Source of the DNA: Limnochordia bacterium
Lineage (GTDB): Bacteria > Bacillota > Limnochordia > DTU080
NCBI GenBank assembly: GCA_050951545.1
Contig: JBMNJG010000012.1
Coordinates: 352,001-416,000, forward strand
DNA: 64,000 nucleotides
Reading direction: 5' to 3'
Below are positions 36,948 to 46,190 of this stretch, one piece after another. The position numbers and the translations under genes are program-made. A model generated the notes under the pieces. It made no database searches and was not told where the DNA came from. It worked only from the letters and a program-made list of their open reading frames with translations. Every line of letters begins with the position of its first letter. Within the stretch, counting starts at the first letter, position 1.

Positions 36948-38729
36948 CTACCGAGCTTGACGCATCTTGTCGTGTGGTGAATCAGCATGCTCCCACGGAA
37001 TGCTGACCCGGTCACTGAACTGCACGTCATAGATGCGCCGGTACACTCCGCCCAGATCAAGCAACTCCGCGTGCGAGCCGCGCTCCACGATACGCCCCTG
37101 CTCGAGGACGACAATGAGATCGGCATCCTTCACAGATGAAATGCGATGGGCAATCACAAAGGTGGTGCGTCCCTTCATCAGGGTCTGAAGAGCCTGTTGG
37201 ATCTCGAATTCTGTTTCCATGTCCACACTGGCCGTGGCGTCATCAAGAATGAGAATGCGGGGATCTGCCAGAATGGCTCTCGCAATGGCGACACGCTGCT
37301 TCTGGCCCCCGGAGAGGCCCAGACCACGTTCACCGACAAGGGTGTCGTAGCCTTCCGGAAGCTCCATGATGAAGTCATGAGCATTGGCCATGCGCGCTGC
37401 TTCTTCGATCTCAGCCAAGGATGCATCGCGCCGCCCAAAACCAATATTCTCGCGCAAAGATGTGGAGAATAGGAAGGTCTCCTGAAAGACAATGCCTACC
37501 TGGCGACGCAGACTATCCAACGTGACGCCGGCGACATTGTGACCATCGATCATGACTCGTCCCTCGTTCACGTCATAGAAGCGAGGGATTAGACTCACCA
37601 GAGTGGATTTGCCTGCTCCAGTGGGACCTAGCAACCCCACCACCATGCCCGGCTCTACCGTCAGGTCGATGTTCTGGAGAGCCGGGATCGATCCTTCGTA
37701 AGAAAAAGAAACGTTCTCGAACTGCACGTGACCCTCGATGTGTTCGATGGGCGTGGCATGGGGAGAATCCTTAATACCTTCGGGAGTATGCAGTATCTCT
37801 AGTAGCCGTTCACCAGCAGCCACTGACTGTGTGAAACTGTTGATCTGGTAGCCCAGTTGCTGCACTGGGGAGACGATATACCAGATGAGGCTGAAGGAAG
37901 CTACCAGATCACCCATGGTCATCCGACCGGAAATGACCTCTTTCCCTCCAAAATACACCAGTACCAGCATGCTCATGTTCCCGATCAGATCCATGGTCGG
38001 GAAAAAACGCCTCCAAACGTTGGCCGTGGCCATGTGGCGGTCGACTACCGTATCGACACGCTTCGAGAACAACTCCACCTGATGAGGCTCGCGAGCAAAG
38101 CTTTTCACGGTGCGGACGCCAGTGATGTTTTCCTGCACAGCAGTGCTCATATCGGCAAGCGCTTCGCGCAACTGTGTAAAAGCAGGGTGCACCACGGCTC
38201 GGAAACGTATTGCTGTCACCGCCAGGAAGGGAGTGGTCACCAATGCCAACAGCGACAGGCGCCAGTTCAGCGAGCTCATCATGCCAAAGCCTAACATGAT
38301 CATGAGTAAGGAGCTCAGTAGGTTGGCGAAGCCGAAGGACAAGAACTGACGAAAGACCGCCACATCGCCAACGAGGCGCGCCATGAGATCCCCGGTTCGG
38401 GCTGTGTCGTAGTAGCCAAAAGAGAGTGACTGCAACTTGTAGTAGAGTGCATTGCGTAGGTCAAATACGGAGTTGGCTCCAAAGATGTGGCCTAAGTAGC
38501 GCCGACCGTAGCGGCATGCCCCTTGTACGATGGCGACACCAATGACGCCCAATGCCAGATGTGGCAATTCGTTGTAGTACCCCAAGATCATGACTCGGTC
38601 AACGAGCAAGCGCAGAATGTGCGGGCGAACCAAGCCCAAGGCACTGGTAAGCACGACAAAGACCAGTGACGCCAACCCCAGATAACGATGACGCCAGTAG
38701 TACTCCTTAAGCTGTCGGTAGATATCCAT
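36948..38729 (-). CDS. ABC exporter, fused TM and ATPase (heterodimer subunit with degenerate DD site)
   Basis: GPTGAGKS, LSGGQKQ and LDDATAS motifs. ATG at 38729 after GGGGAGG. Confidence 0.93.
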   Translation of the reverse strand: MDIYRQLKEYYWRHRYLGLASLVFVVLTSALGLVRPHILRLLVDRVMILGYYNELPHLALGVIGVAIVQGACRYGRRYLGHIFGANSVFDLRNALYYKLQSLSFGYYDTARTGDLMARLVGDVAVFRQFLSFGFANLLSSLLMIMLGFGMMSSLNWRLSLLALVTTPFLAVTAIRFRAVVHPAFTQLREALADMSTAVQENITGVRTVKSFAREPHQVELFSKRVDTVVDRHMATANVWRRFFPTMDLIGNMSMLVLVYFGGKEVISGRMTMGDLVASFSLIWYIVSPVQQLGYQINSFTQSVAAGERLLEILHTPEGIKDSPHATPIEHIEGHVQFENVSFSYEGSIPALQNIDLTVEPGMVVGLLGPTGAGKSTLVSLIPRFYDVNEGRVMIDGHNVAGVTLDSLRRQVGIVFQETFLFSTSLRENIGFGRRDASLAEIEEAARMANAHDFIMELPEGYDTLVGERGLGLSGGQKQRVAIARAILADPRILILDDATASVDMETEFEIQQALQTLMKGRTTFVIAHRISSVKDADLIVVLEQGRIVERGSHAELLDLGGVYRRIYDVQFSDRVSIPWEHADSPHDKMRQAR

Positions 38730-38975
38730 GCCAGCGACAACCTCCCCAGCCAGGCCATGGTGCGCTGGCCATTGCAGAATAAGCATCGTTGCCATAAGTC
38801 TCTTTTCGACACGAAACCTGATTCCCTGCTTGTGATTGCGTACCTGCCCATGGTCACTCGGTCACTCCCCCTTTTCGGTTCAGGCATTTGGTGGTATAAT
38901 GCGGTCTAGCCCTTACGAGGTTACAGCGAGCGTCTTGCTGTCAATGCGACCGCTATGGGCAAGGAGTGACGTGGG

Positions 38976-39935
38976 GTGAGCGTGCAAGTCACTATAGACG
39001 AGATGCAGAAGCAAGTGCGGGAGTTGGCACAAGAGAAAGGGGCTGTCATTCTCGCACACAACTACCAGCTACCTGAAGTGCAGGATGTTGCTGATTACGT
39101 AGGTGATTCCCTGCAATTGGCCCGTGTTGCGGCGAACACGACGGCTCACATCATTGTGTTCTGTGGGGTCCATTTCATGGCTGAGACTGCAGCCATTCTT
39201 AACCCAGACAAGCAGGTGCTGCTTCCCGACCCGGATGCTGGCTGTTCGCTCGCAGATACCATCACGGCAGAGCAGCTGCGAGCTTGGAAGAGTGAGCATC
39301 CCGGGGCCGTTGTGGTCTCTTACGTCAATACCTCAGCAGCTGTCAAGGCTGAGACCGACATATGCTGCACATCTAGCAATGCCGTGCAGGTGGTCGAATC
39401 GATCCCTGCCGATAAGGAGATCTTGTTCTGCCCGGATATGTTTCTTGGTAGCTATGTGAAGCGCCTCACCGAGCGCGACAACATGCACCTTTGGATGGGC
39501 GAGTGTCACGTTCATGCTGGTCTTCGCCCCGAAGACATCGAGGCAGCGCGAGCGGCCCATCCCGAGGCCGATTTCCTGATTCACCCTGAATGCGGCTGTG
39601 TCACGCAGTGCATGGATTTCATGGCTTCAGGGCACATTAATGCGAAGAACACCTATACCCTGTCCACTGGGGGTATGATGAAACACGCCAAGCTATCGCC
39701 TGCTACTGAGATGGTGGTGGCCACAGAAACAGGGATCTTGCATCCTCTGCGTCGGGAGAACCCCTCAAAGCGTTTCTTCCCGATTAGCGAGGACGCGATA
39801 TGCAAGTTCATGAAGATGATTACCTTGGACAAGGTTCTTCGTTCCCTGCAAGACGGTGTCTACGAAGTGAGTGTTCCCGAGGAAATTGCCACCAGAGCGC
39901 GCCAAGCTATTGTACGCATGCTGGCGATTGGCTGA
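38976..39935 (+). CDS. nadA: quinolinate synthase
   Basis: LAHNYQ, GDSL, CGVHFMAETA, AGCSLA, YVN, CHVH, HPEC and CKFMK motifs. Confidence 0.96.
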   Translation: MSVQVTIDEMQKQVRELAQEKGAVILAHNYQLPEVQDVADYVGDSLQLARVAANTTAHIIVFCGVHFMAETAAILNPDKQVLLPDPDAGCSLADTITAEQLRAWKSEHPGAVVVSYVNTSAAVKAETDICCTSSNAVQVVESIPADKEILFCPDMFLGSYVKRLTERDNMHLWMGECHVHAGLRPEDIEAARAAHPEADFLIHPECGCVTQCMDFMASGHINAKNTYTLSTGGMMKHAKLSPATEMVVATETGILHPLRRENPSKRFFPISEDAICKFMKMITLDKVLRSLQDGVYEVSVPEEIATRARQAIVRMLAIG

Positions 39936-39953
39936 GATATAGGCCGGAGACGT

Positions 39954-39994
39954 TGCCGGAGGATGGCCTTTGGCCCCTTCCTCCGGCTTTTTTT
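39954..39994 (+). terminator. intrinsic terminator after nadA
   Basis: GCCGGAGGA...TCCTCCGGC followed by T7. Confidence 0.75.
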
Positions 39995-40049
39995 GGTGGC
40001 ACTATGGCACTCTCCATCGCGCAACCGTCTATGTGTGAAAGAGGAGACA

Positions 40050-40328
40050 TCAGTCCTCGTCGTCTGGACGTAGCTCTACCAGTCCTTCGCGAAGACGAAC
40101 GAAGTACTTGCGTTTTTCCGGAGAGAAGCTTATTTTCTCGATGTCAGAGAAGGGGATGTGAACGGTGCCAGCATCGCTGCTGATGCTGACGCAGGAAGCT
40201 CCAGCTTCTACACTAGCATTTGTGAGTCTCGCTTCCCTGCCGTGTTGAAGGGCTTTAACCCGCACAGGGCCAAAGCTACATACGTCTTGGACAAACTGAT
40301 TGATCGCTTTGCTATTCATGGGAACCAC
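40050..40328 (-). CDS. small hypothetical protein
   Basis: 92-aa ORF overlapping the end of the cca gene, with a GAGGAG RBS near the start. Confidence 0.5.
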   Translation of the reverse strand: MVPMNSKAINQFVQDVCSFGPVRVKALQHGREARLTNASVEAGASCVSISSDAGTVHIPFSDIEKISFSPEKRKYFVRLREGLVELRPDDED

Positions 40329-41740
40329 TCCTCATCATCAGTATGTCTTATGCTCGGCGTGGAGCCAAGGGATGACTGTCCACTATGCGCGTCTTTTTTC
40401 ACAAACTCAGCAGCCAGTCGGGAGACACAGGGTAATAGGGCCTCTCGACTATTCAAAGTGGGATCATCCAGGATAAGATCGAAAAGACCCTTGAGAACGT
40501 AACCTACCACAGGCCCTGGCTTCGTGTCCAGGATTGCCATGACATCGTCACCGTTGATACACAGATCCCTCGGGTGTAGTGCTCCTTCTTCCGCCAGCAC
40601 AGCCTCTAGTTCGCAGAGAACGTCGTTGAGCCAAGGGGCACGCTGACCGCCGCTGGCTAGATGATCAGCATGCCGCAAGGCCATCGTCTGCCTTACCCAT
40701 TGCTCATCGTATGCTGACAGCCAGCGTCGAATGGTTTTCCGCGTCACAGGGCCATGCGCCATGTGATGCCGAATGAGCGAGACGACTCGAGTAACCGAGT
40801 GAGCGTCAAACCGCAGGCGCTGCAGAGTAGACTCAGCGATTCGTGCACTTTCTGCTTCGTGTCCGTGAAAGAGCACTTGCCCTGTATCGCACACTTCCCG
40901 AGTATGAAGTTTGCCTGTGTCGTGCAGAAGACCTGCCAGTCGCAACAGGGGATCGTCGGGACATGCCGCTGCAGTTTGGATCAGGTGGTCAAGCAGTGTC
41001 GGAGCGTTCCGCTTGCCTTGCGCCAAGCGTTCACTTCCTCGCAGTTCCGGAATCACCCGTAGGAGAATCCCGAGTTCGTAGAGCATCCACAGGCCTCGCC
41101 CTGGATCCGGACTGGCAAGGATACGCAGCAACTCGTCGCGCACACGCTCCTTGCTCAGACACTCTACCAGGTGTGCGGCACCCTCGGCAGCTGCCCACGT
41201 GTCACTCTCCATGTCGAGGTCGAGTTGGCACGCGAACCGAACTGCACGCAGTAGGCGTAGCGCATCCTCGCTAAACCTGGTGTGGGCATCACCGACGGTG
41301 CGAATGAGCTTCTGCTGGAGGTCGGCCTCCCCGGCATAGGGGTCGATAAGCTGCGCGCTGATGGGGTCCCAGGCGATGGCATTCATGGTAAAATCCCGGC
41401 GCGCCAGATCCTCTTGAACAGATTCCGTGAAGAGAACACGACACGGACGGCGCCTGTCGTGATAGGCGACATCCTTTCGAAACGTCGTTACCTCAACTGG
41501 TTGCGGGGTGCAGACCACGACTGTTCCAAATGCGGCACCTACGGCAACGGTCTTAGCAAACAACTGCTGGATTTGTTCAGGTACGGCATCAGTGATAACG
41601 TCCCAGTCGCTCGGCGACTGCCGCAGAAGTGCATCTCGTACACAGCCACCTACCAGGAGGGTTTGGTAGCCGTTTTCGCGCAACACTGCCATGACATGTG
41701 TCACATGGGCAGGTATGGACATGCAAAAGCGTCTATCCAA
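40316..41740 (-). CDS. cca: CCA tRNA nucleotidyltransferase with HD domain
   Basis: VGGCVRD, DWD, DLARRDFTMNA, EDALRLLRAVRF, ERVRDE and LLHDTGK motifs. Confidence 0.9.
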   Translation of the reverse strand: MDRRFCMSIPAHVTHVMAVLRENGYQTLLVGGCVRDALLRQSPSDWDVITDAVPEQIQQLFAKTVAVGAAFGTVVVCTPQPVEVTTFRKDVAYHDRRRPCRVLFTESVQEDLARRDFTMNAIAWDPISAQLIDPYAGEADLQQKLIRTVGDAHTRFSEDALRLLRAVRFACQLDLDMESDTWAAAEGAAHLVECLSKERVRDELLRILASPDPGRGLWMLYELGILLRVIPELRGSERLAQGKRNAPTLLDHLIQTAAACPDDPLLRLAGLLHDTGKLHTREVCDTGQVLFHGHEAESARIAESTLQRLRFDAHSVTRVVSLIRHHMAHGPVTRKTIRRWLSAYDEQWVRQTMALRHADHLASGGQRAPWLNDVLCELEAVLAEEGALHPRDLCINGDDVMAILDTKPGPVVGYVLKGLFDLILDDPTLNSREALLPCVSRLAAEFVKKDAHSGQSSLGSTPSIRHTDDEEWFP

Positions 41741-41788
41741 ATAAGCTCCCTCCGGCAGATGGTTCGGCAGGACTCGTCGCGTGCTATG

Positions 41789-42595
41789 CTACATGAAACT
41801 CCGCAAGAACCTCGCACTCTCGCGAGCTACAGTCTGAGGCTCCCTCCCCTGTAGGTCGAAGACCTCTACCGACAGGTACCCGGTGAAGCCGACGTCTTTC
41901 AGGGCAGCCATAATGGGCCCGTAGGAAGTAGTGCCACTCCCTGGCGGGATCATGCCAGCGTCGTTTACATGCATGTGATGCAAGTATTGTGCGTGTTCGC
42001 GGATGATCTCAGGAATCGGCTGCTTCTCCGATAGCATAGCCCGTATGTCCAAATGGAGAGCCAACCCCGGTTCGTCGATCTCTTCGATCAGCTGTGCCGC
42101 CTCTGCAGCACTGACAATGAAGTTGGTCTCTTCTGAAGTGAGTGGCTCCAAGCACAGGCTCAGACCACGCTGATGGCATACTCGTGCCCAATCGGCCAGG
42201 GCTTCTTTGGCTAGGGCCTCGGCTTGTGAGCGGTCCAACTGCTCAGGAAAGTGCCGCTGTTTGGGAGACCCAAAAACCAACACCTCACCGCCAATGTCTG
42301 CGCAGAAGTCGGCAAGAGCCTCTAAGTAGGGTTTCGTCACAGCGCTCGCACTCGGATCGAACAAGTGAAGGCCCTCCGGACCCAATAACAACCAGTGTAA
42401 GCCAGCAATGGCGATTCCATGTGCGGCGGCCACGGCACGGATTTTCTCTCGCTCTTGCTTGCTAATGGACTCGACAGATTGGGCAAAAGTAAACGGGGCG
42501 ATCTCAATGCCATCGTAGCCTGCTTGTGCAGCATCGCGGCAGACATCCTCCCAAGCCCAGTCTTTGTACACGTCATTGCAGATAGCAATCTTCAT
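41789..42595 (-). CDS. sugar phosphate isomerase/epimerase (ketose 3-epimerase-like)
   Basis: GYDGIEIAP, FGSPKQR, CLEPL, HLD, HVND and LSVEVF motifs. Confidence 0.85.
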   Translation of the reverse strand: MKIAICNDVYKDWAWEDVCRDAAQAGYDGIEIAPFTFAQSVESISKQEREKIRAVAAAHGIAIAGLHWLLLGPEGLHLFDPSASAVTKPYLEALADFCADIGGEVLVFGSPKQRHFPEQLDRSQAEALAKEALADWARVCHQRGLSLCLEPLTSEETNFIVSAAEAAQLIEEIDEPGLALHLDIRAMLSEKQPIPEIIREHAQYLHHMHVNDAGMIPPGSGTTSYGPIMAALKDVGFTGYLSVEVFDLQGREPQTVARESARFLRSFM

Positions 42596-42821
42596 GTGCT
42601 TCCCCCTCTACCCCTTCGAGAATAGTGTTACGCTATGTGCGCAGTTGGCTACCGATACGCGTAGTCTCGCAGGAGAGACAGCCTGCGGGTGCGAAGATGA
42701 TCTTCTCAGAACCGTTTGGGCACGCAACTCCTCACTAGATGGATTCCATGTGGATGCCGCTGGTCCTGCTTCGCCTCAAGAAGGCCGTGGCTACGAGACC
42801 CGCGTGTAAGGAGAATGCGCT

Positions 42822-44060
42822 TTGATTGCCGAGACCATCTTTGTAGGTACGGAATTATTGCTTGGCCAGATCGTCAATACCAATGCTGTCTACTTGGGTG
42901 AGCACCTGAGCATCCTAGGTATCGATAGCTACTATCAGTCGGTTGTCGGTGACAACCCTCGTCGTTTGGCCGCCTGCCTAAAGCAGGCCGTCGAGCGCTC
43001 GGATGTCGTCATCGCTTCTGGGGGGTTGGGACCTACTATGGATGACCTGACCCGAGAGACTGCCGCCGAGCTTACGGCTCGCCCCCTGCAATTTGAGCCT
43101 GAGATCTGGCAGCGTATCACTGGCCGCAGGCGCGGACCCATACCCGAGAACATGAAACGTCAAGCGATGGTGCCCGTTGGTGCCACTGTGCTTCCTAACG
43201 ATGTGGGATCCGCCCCTGGCCTAGCCATACCCACTTCTGACGGCAAGAGGTTGATCATCCTGCTTCCGGGTCCGCCTCATGAGCTGCAGCCCATGTTCGA
43301 ACGGTACGCTATTCCCCTTCTGCTGGCGCGCATGGGCGAACGGACTACCTTGGTCTCTCGTACACTGCGCTTCTGCGAGATCGGCGAGTCGCCTCTCGAA
43401 GAGCAGCTTAAGGACTTGGTGGCCAACCAGAAAGACCCCACCTTGGCCACTTACGCCAAGCCGGGAGATGTGCAATTGCGGATCTCTACCAAAGCTTCTT
43501 CTCGTGACGAGGGGATAGAACGCATCCTTGCGGTGGAGAATGAGATCCGGGCTCGCGTAGGCGAATACATCTACGGTGTGGATGAGACTACGCTAGAGGA
43601 GGCCGTCGGTGATCTTCTGCAGCGGCTGGGCTGGCGCGTAGCCATCGTGGACGTTCAGGGAGGGGGCACGCTGGCCACTCGACTCACTGAACCCGCTGGT
43701 AGCGATACCTGGTTTGCGTGGGGCCTGGTGGCCACCTCTCCTACCCAAGCTGCGATGCTTCTGCGCCAGATGGGTGCTGATATCGCGCCGCCTCTACAAG
43801 AGCAGCAGTGGACTGTGGAAGCGTGGAGTCGGGTTCTATCTGCCGCCGCGCAGGCTCTTGGTCCTGATGTCGTGGTCACTTTGGTTGCTGCTGGAGATGG
43901 CAGCGCCTATGCTATGGCGACCGCCAGTTCTGGACACCAGCAACTCGTTTCCGTGGCAGGACGAGGCAGCCGTCAGACCTGGCGTTGGCGGGTGAGCCAG
44001 TCTGTACTCGCACTTCTGCGGCGCCTGTTGATGGAACATATGCACGAGAGCGGCAACTAG
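42822..44060 (+). CDS. cinA: competence/damage-inducible protein CinA (C-terminal PncC domain degenerate)
   Basis: VGTELLLG...NTN, GGLGPTMDDLT, LPGPP.E and IGES motifs. The C-terminal domain lacks AESCTGG. Confidence 0.88.
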   Translation: MIAETIFVGTELLLGQIVNTNAVYLGEHLSILGIDSYYQSVVGDNPRRLAACLKQAVERSDVVIASGGLGPTMDDLTRETAAELTARPLQFEPEIWQRITGRRRGPIPENMKRQAMVPVGATVLPNDVGSAPGLAIPTSDGKRLIILLPGPPHELQPMFERYAIPLLLARMGERTTLVSRTLRFCEIGESPLEEQLKDLVANQKDPTLATYAKPGDVQLRISTKASSRDEGIERILAVENEIRARVGEYIYGVDETTLEEAVGDLLQRLGWRVAIVDVQGGGTLATRLTEPAGSDTWFAWGLVATSPTQAAMLLRQMGADIAPPLQEQQWTVEAWSRVLSAAAQALGPDVVVTLVAAGDGSAYAMATASSGHQQLVSVAGRGSRQTWRWRVSQSVLALLRRLLMEHMHESGN

Positions 44061-44932
44061 TCCGCTCCTAGCCGCAGGGTGCCTACCAAGGCTGCAATGT
44101 GCTGAGGCGTTGTGCCACAACACCCGCCGATCAGCGATGCACCGGCTTCCACCAGACGTAGCCCCCACGCGGCGAAGCCTGCAGGTTCCAGGGGCCATCG
44201 TGTGACGCCGTCTTCAATGGTCGGCAGACCCGCATTAGGGACCGCGCTGATGGGTAGGGCTGTGCAGTTCCGAAGGGTCTTTACTACTGTGAGCATCTGC
44301 TCTGGCCCAACCGAGCAGTTGGCTCCAATGACGCAGGCGCCAGCCTCGGCCAGCTGACGCGCCGCCTGTGAAGGCTCGACCCCCATGAAGGTTCTCCCCG
44401 ATGCCTCATAGCTCATCTGAGCGATGACAGGAAGACCGCATGCCACAGCCGCTTCAACTGCCAAGCTTGCCTCGGCTAGATCCGCCATCGTTTCCACTAC
44501 ACACGCATCGACCCCTGCGAGGGCAAAGGCCTCTGCCTGTACTGTAAAGGCGGATCGGGCTGTCTGTGTGCTGAGATCGCCATACGGTTCTAGGAGCTCT
44601 CCCAGGGGACCGATCGCTCCCAACACCATCGCCCGCTCACCGACAACCTGTCGGGCGATCTCAACCCCCCGCCTGTTGATCTCAGAGGCCCGATCCGCAA
44701 GGCCGTAGCGGGCCAGACGTATGGGACTGGCGCCAAAAGTGTTTGTCTCCACCAGCTGAGCACCTGCAGCTACATATGCTTCATGAATGCGGGCAACAGC
44801 AGTAGGCGCATCCACATTGGCTAGTTCCGGACACTTTGCCTCGCCCAAGCCTTGCTGTAGAAGCATGGTACCCATGGCACCGTCGATTATCAGCACTTCC
44901 TGGCCCAAAGACGTAAGAAAACGTTTGCTCAT
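44057..44932 (-). CDS. stand-alone homocysteine S-methyltransferase domain (split MetH-type)
   Basis: DGAMGTML, ETNTFGA, GANC, PNAGLP and GGCCGT motifs. Confidence 0.88.
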   Translation of the reverse strand: MSKRFLTSLGQEVLIIDGAMGTMLLQQGLGEAKCPELANVDAPTAVARIHEAYVAAGAQLVETNTFGASPIRLARYGLADRASEINRRGVEIARQVVGERAMVLGAIGPLGELLEPYGDLSTQTARSAFTVQAEAFALAGVDACVVETMADLAEASLAVEAAVACGLPVIAQMSYEASGRTFMGVEPSQAARQLAEAGACVIGANCSVGPEQMLTVVKTLRNCTALPISAVPNAGLPTIEDGVTRWPLEPAGFAAWGLRLVEAGASLIGGCCGTTPQHIAALVGTLRLGAD

Positions 44933-45026
44933 CCTACCCCTCGCTATATAGATGATTTCCTGTATCATGGAGCTAGCGATGGTGGTCGCTACTCAGTGTG
45001 GGAAAAACGGTGAGAGGAGTGACCGC

Positions 45027-45671
45027 ATGCGAACACTGATCTTTCTTGCTGGAGACTTCTGGATTGACGCCTGGGATGCCACTCCTGAGTTCACTGGCCC
45101 TTGGGACTGCATTATCTGCGCAGATGGCGGTGGCTACCATTCCCTCCGCCTTGGCATCGTACCGGATGTACTCATTGGAGACTTCGATTCATTATCCAAG
45201 AGCGATATTGAGGGTATTGGCGCTACCACAGTTATCTCCTTCCCAGTGCTGAAAGATAAGACTGATGCCCATCTGGCAGTTGACGAGGCTCTCCGACGTG
45301 GCAGCACGCAGGTCGTGTTGGCTGGGGCCATCGGGGGTCGCCTGGACCACACGCTAGCCAATATCGGGCTGTTGCGGTTACTGCACCGCCACGGAGTAAA
45401 AGCGGTGGCCAGCGATGGCCATCAGACGGTCTACTATGTAACCGACGAACTCGTTCTCACAGGTAGGGCCCAACAGACACTCTCAGTTCTGCCACTGACC
45501 CCTGAGATAGACGGCCTCTCGCTCACTGGTCTGCGTTGGGGTTTGAACAGTACCTACCTTGAGCTGGGAGACACACGCACGATGAGCAACGAGTTCCTAG
45601 GCGGCCCAGCAAGAGTAGCGCTGAAGTCTGGCGAGCTGCTGGTTATCGTCAGCCAACCTCCTCCACACTGA
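45027..45671 (+). CDS. thiN: thiamine diphosphokinase
   Basis: ADGG, GDFDS, KDKTD, GGRLDH..AN and SNE motifs. Confidence 0.92.
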   Translation: MRTLIFLAGDFWIDAWDATPEFTGPWDCIICADGGGYHSLRLGIVPDVLIGDFDSLSKSDIEGIGATTVISFPVLKDKTDAHLAVDEALRRGSTQVVLAGAIGGRLDHTLANIGLLRLLHRHGVKAVASDGHQTVYYVTDELVLTGRAQQTLSVLPLTPEIDGLSLTGLRWGLNSTYLELGDTRTMSNEFLGGPARVALKSGELLVIVSQPPPH

Positions 45672-46086
45672 TACCATGGCGACGAAGCAGGGCTGCCGTG
45701 ACGCCTGGACCAGGGCGGACGGTGCTGCTGAAGGTACCGTCGTAGATGATGCTCACCCCACACGAGGGGCTGCGTCCTTTCAGAACGGCGCGCCGGATGC
45801 CATGCTCTTGGCATAGCCCCAAAGCCGCATGTGCTCCCTTGACGTACTGCTGAGTGACGTTCACTCCGTGTTTTGTCAACACTTGTGCTGAAGAGTCAAT
45901 GACATCATCGCCGTGCCCACCCACAATCTCTGCTGGCTCGCGAGGTGTCGGTAGTCCGCCTGCTTGTTCAGGGCAAAAAGGAACCGCCTCTGCTGAGCCT
46001 ACATCCACCGTGTCGACTTGACAGCTCTGGCCGTCATAGCGACAAGCGTGCCCCATAAGACACGCCGAAACAAGCACTTTTTCCAT
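45649..46086 (-). CDS. DUF523 family protein (TudS-like 2-thiouracil desulfidase)
   Basis: SACLMG..CRYDG, CPEQAGGLPTPR and SPSCG motifs. Confidence 0.87.
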   Translation of the reverse strand: MEKVLVSACLMGHACRYDGQSCQVDTVDVGSAEAVPFCPEQAGGLPTPREPAEIVGGHGDDVIDSSAQVLTKHGVNVTQQYVKGAHAALGLCQEHGIRRAVLKGRSPSCGVSIIYDGTFSSTVRPGPGVTAALLRRHGISVEEVG

Positions 46087-46190
46087 GATCTCACCTTCCT
46101 CTTGACCTAGTATGAAGACAGCCGCGACAGGAGATGCCAGGTATCAAGCCAAACAACATGTTAGCTAGAAAAGAGGGGGCTTCAGTACGA

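Noticed and set aside
38901-38975. Hairpin upstream of nadA as an NAD+ riboswitch
   Set aside because: It does not resemble the NAD-I or NAD-II consensus as I recall them, and the outer stem begins immediately after the TATAAT box so would be only partly transcribed.
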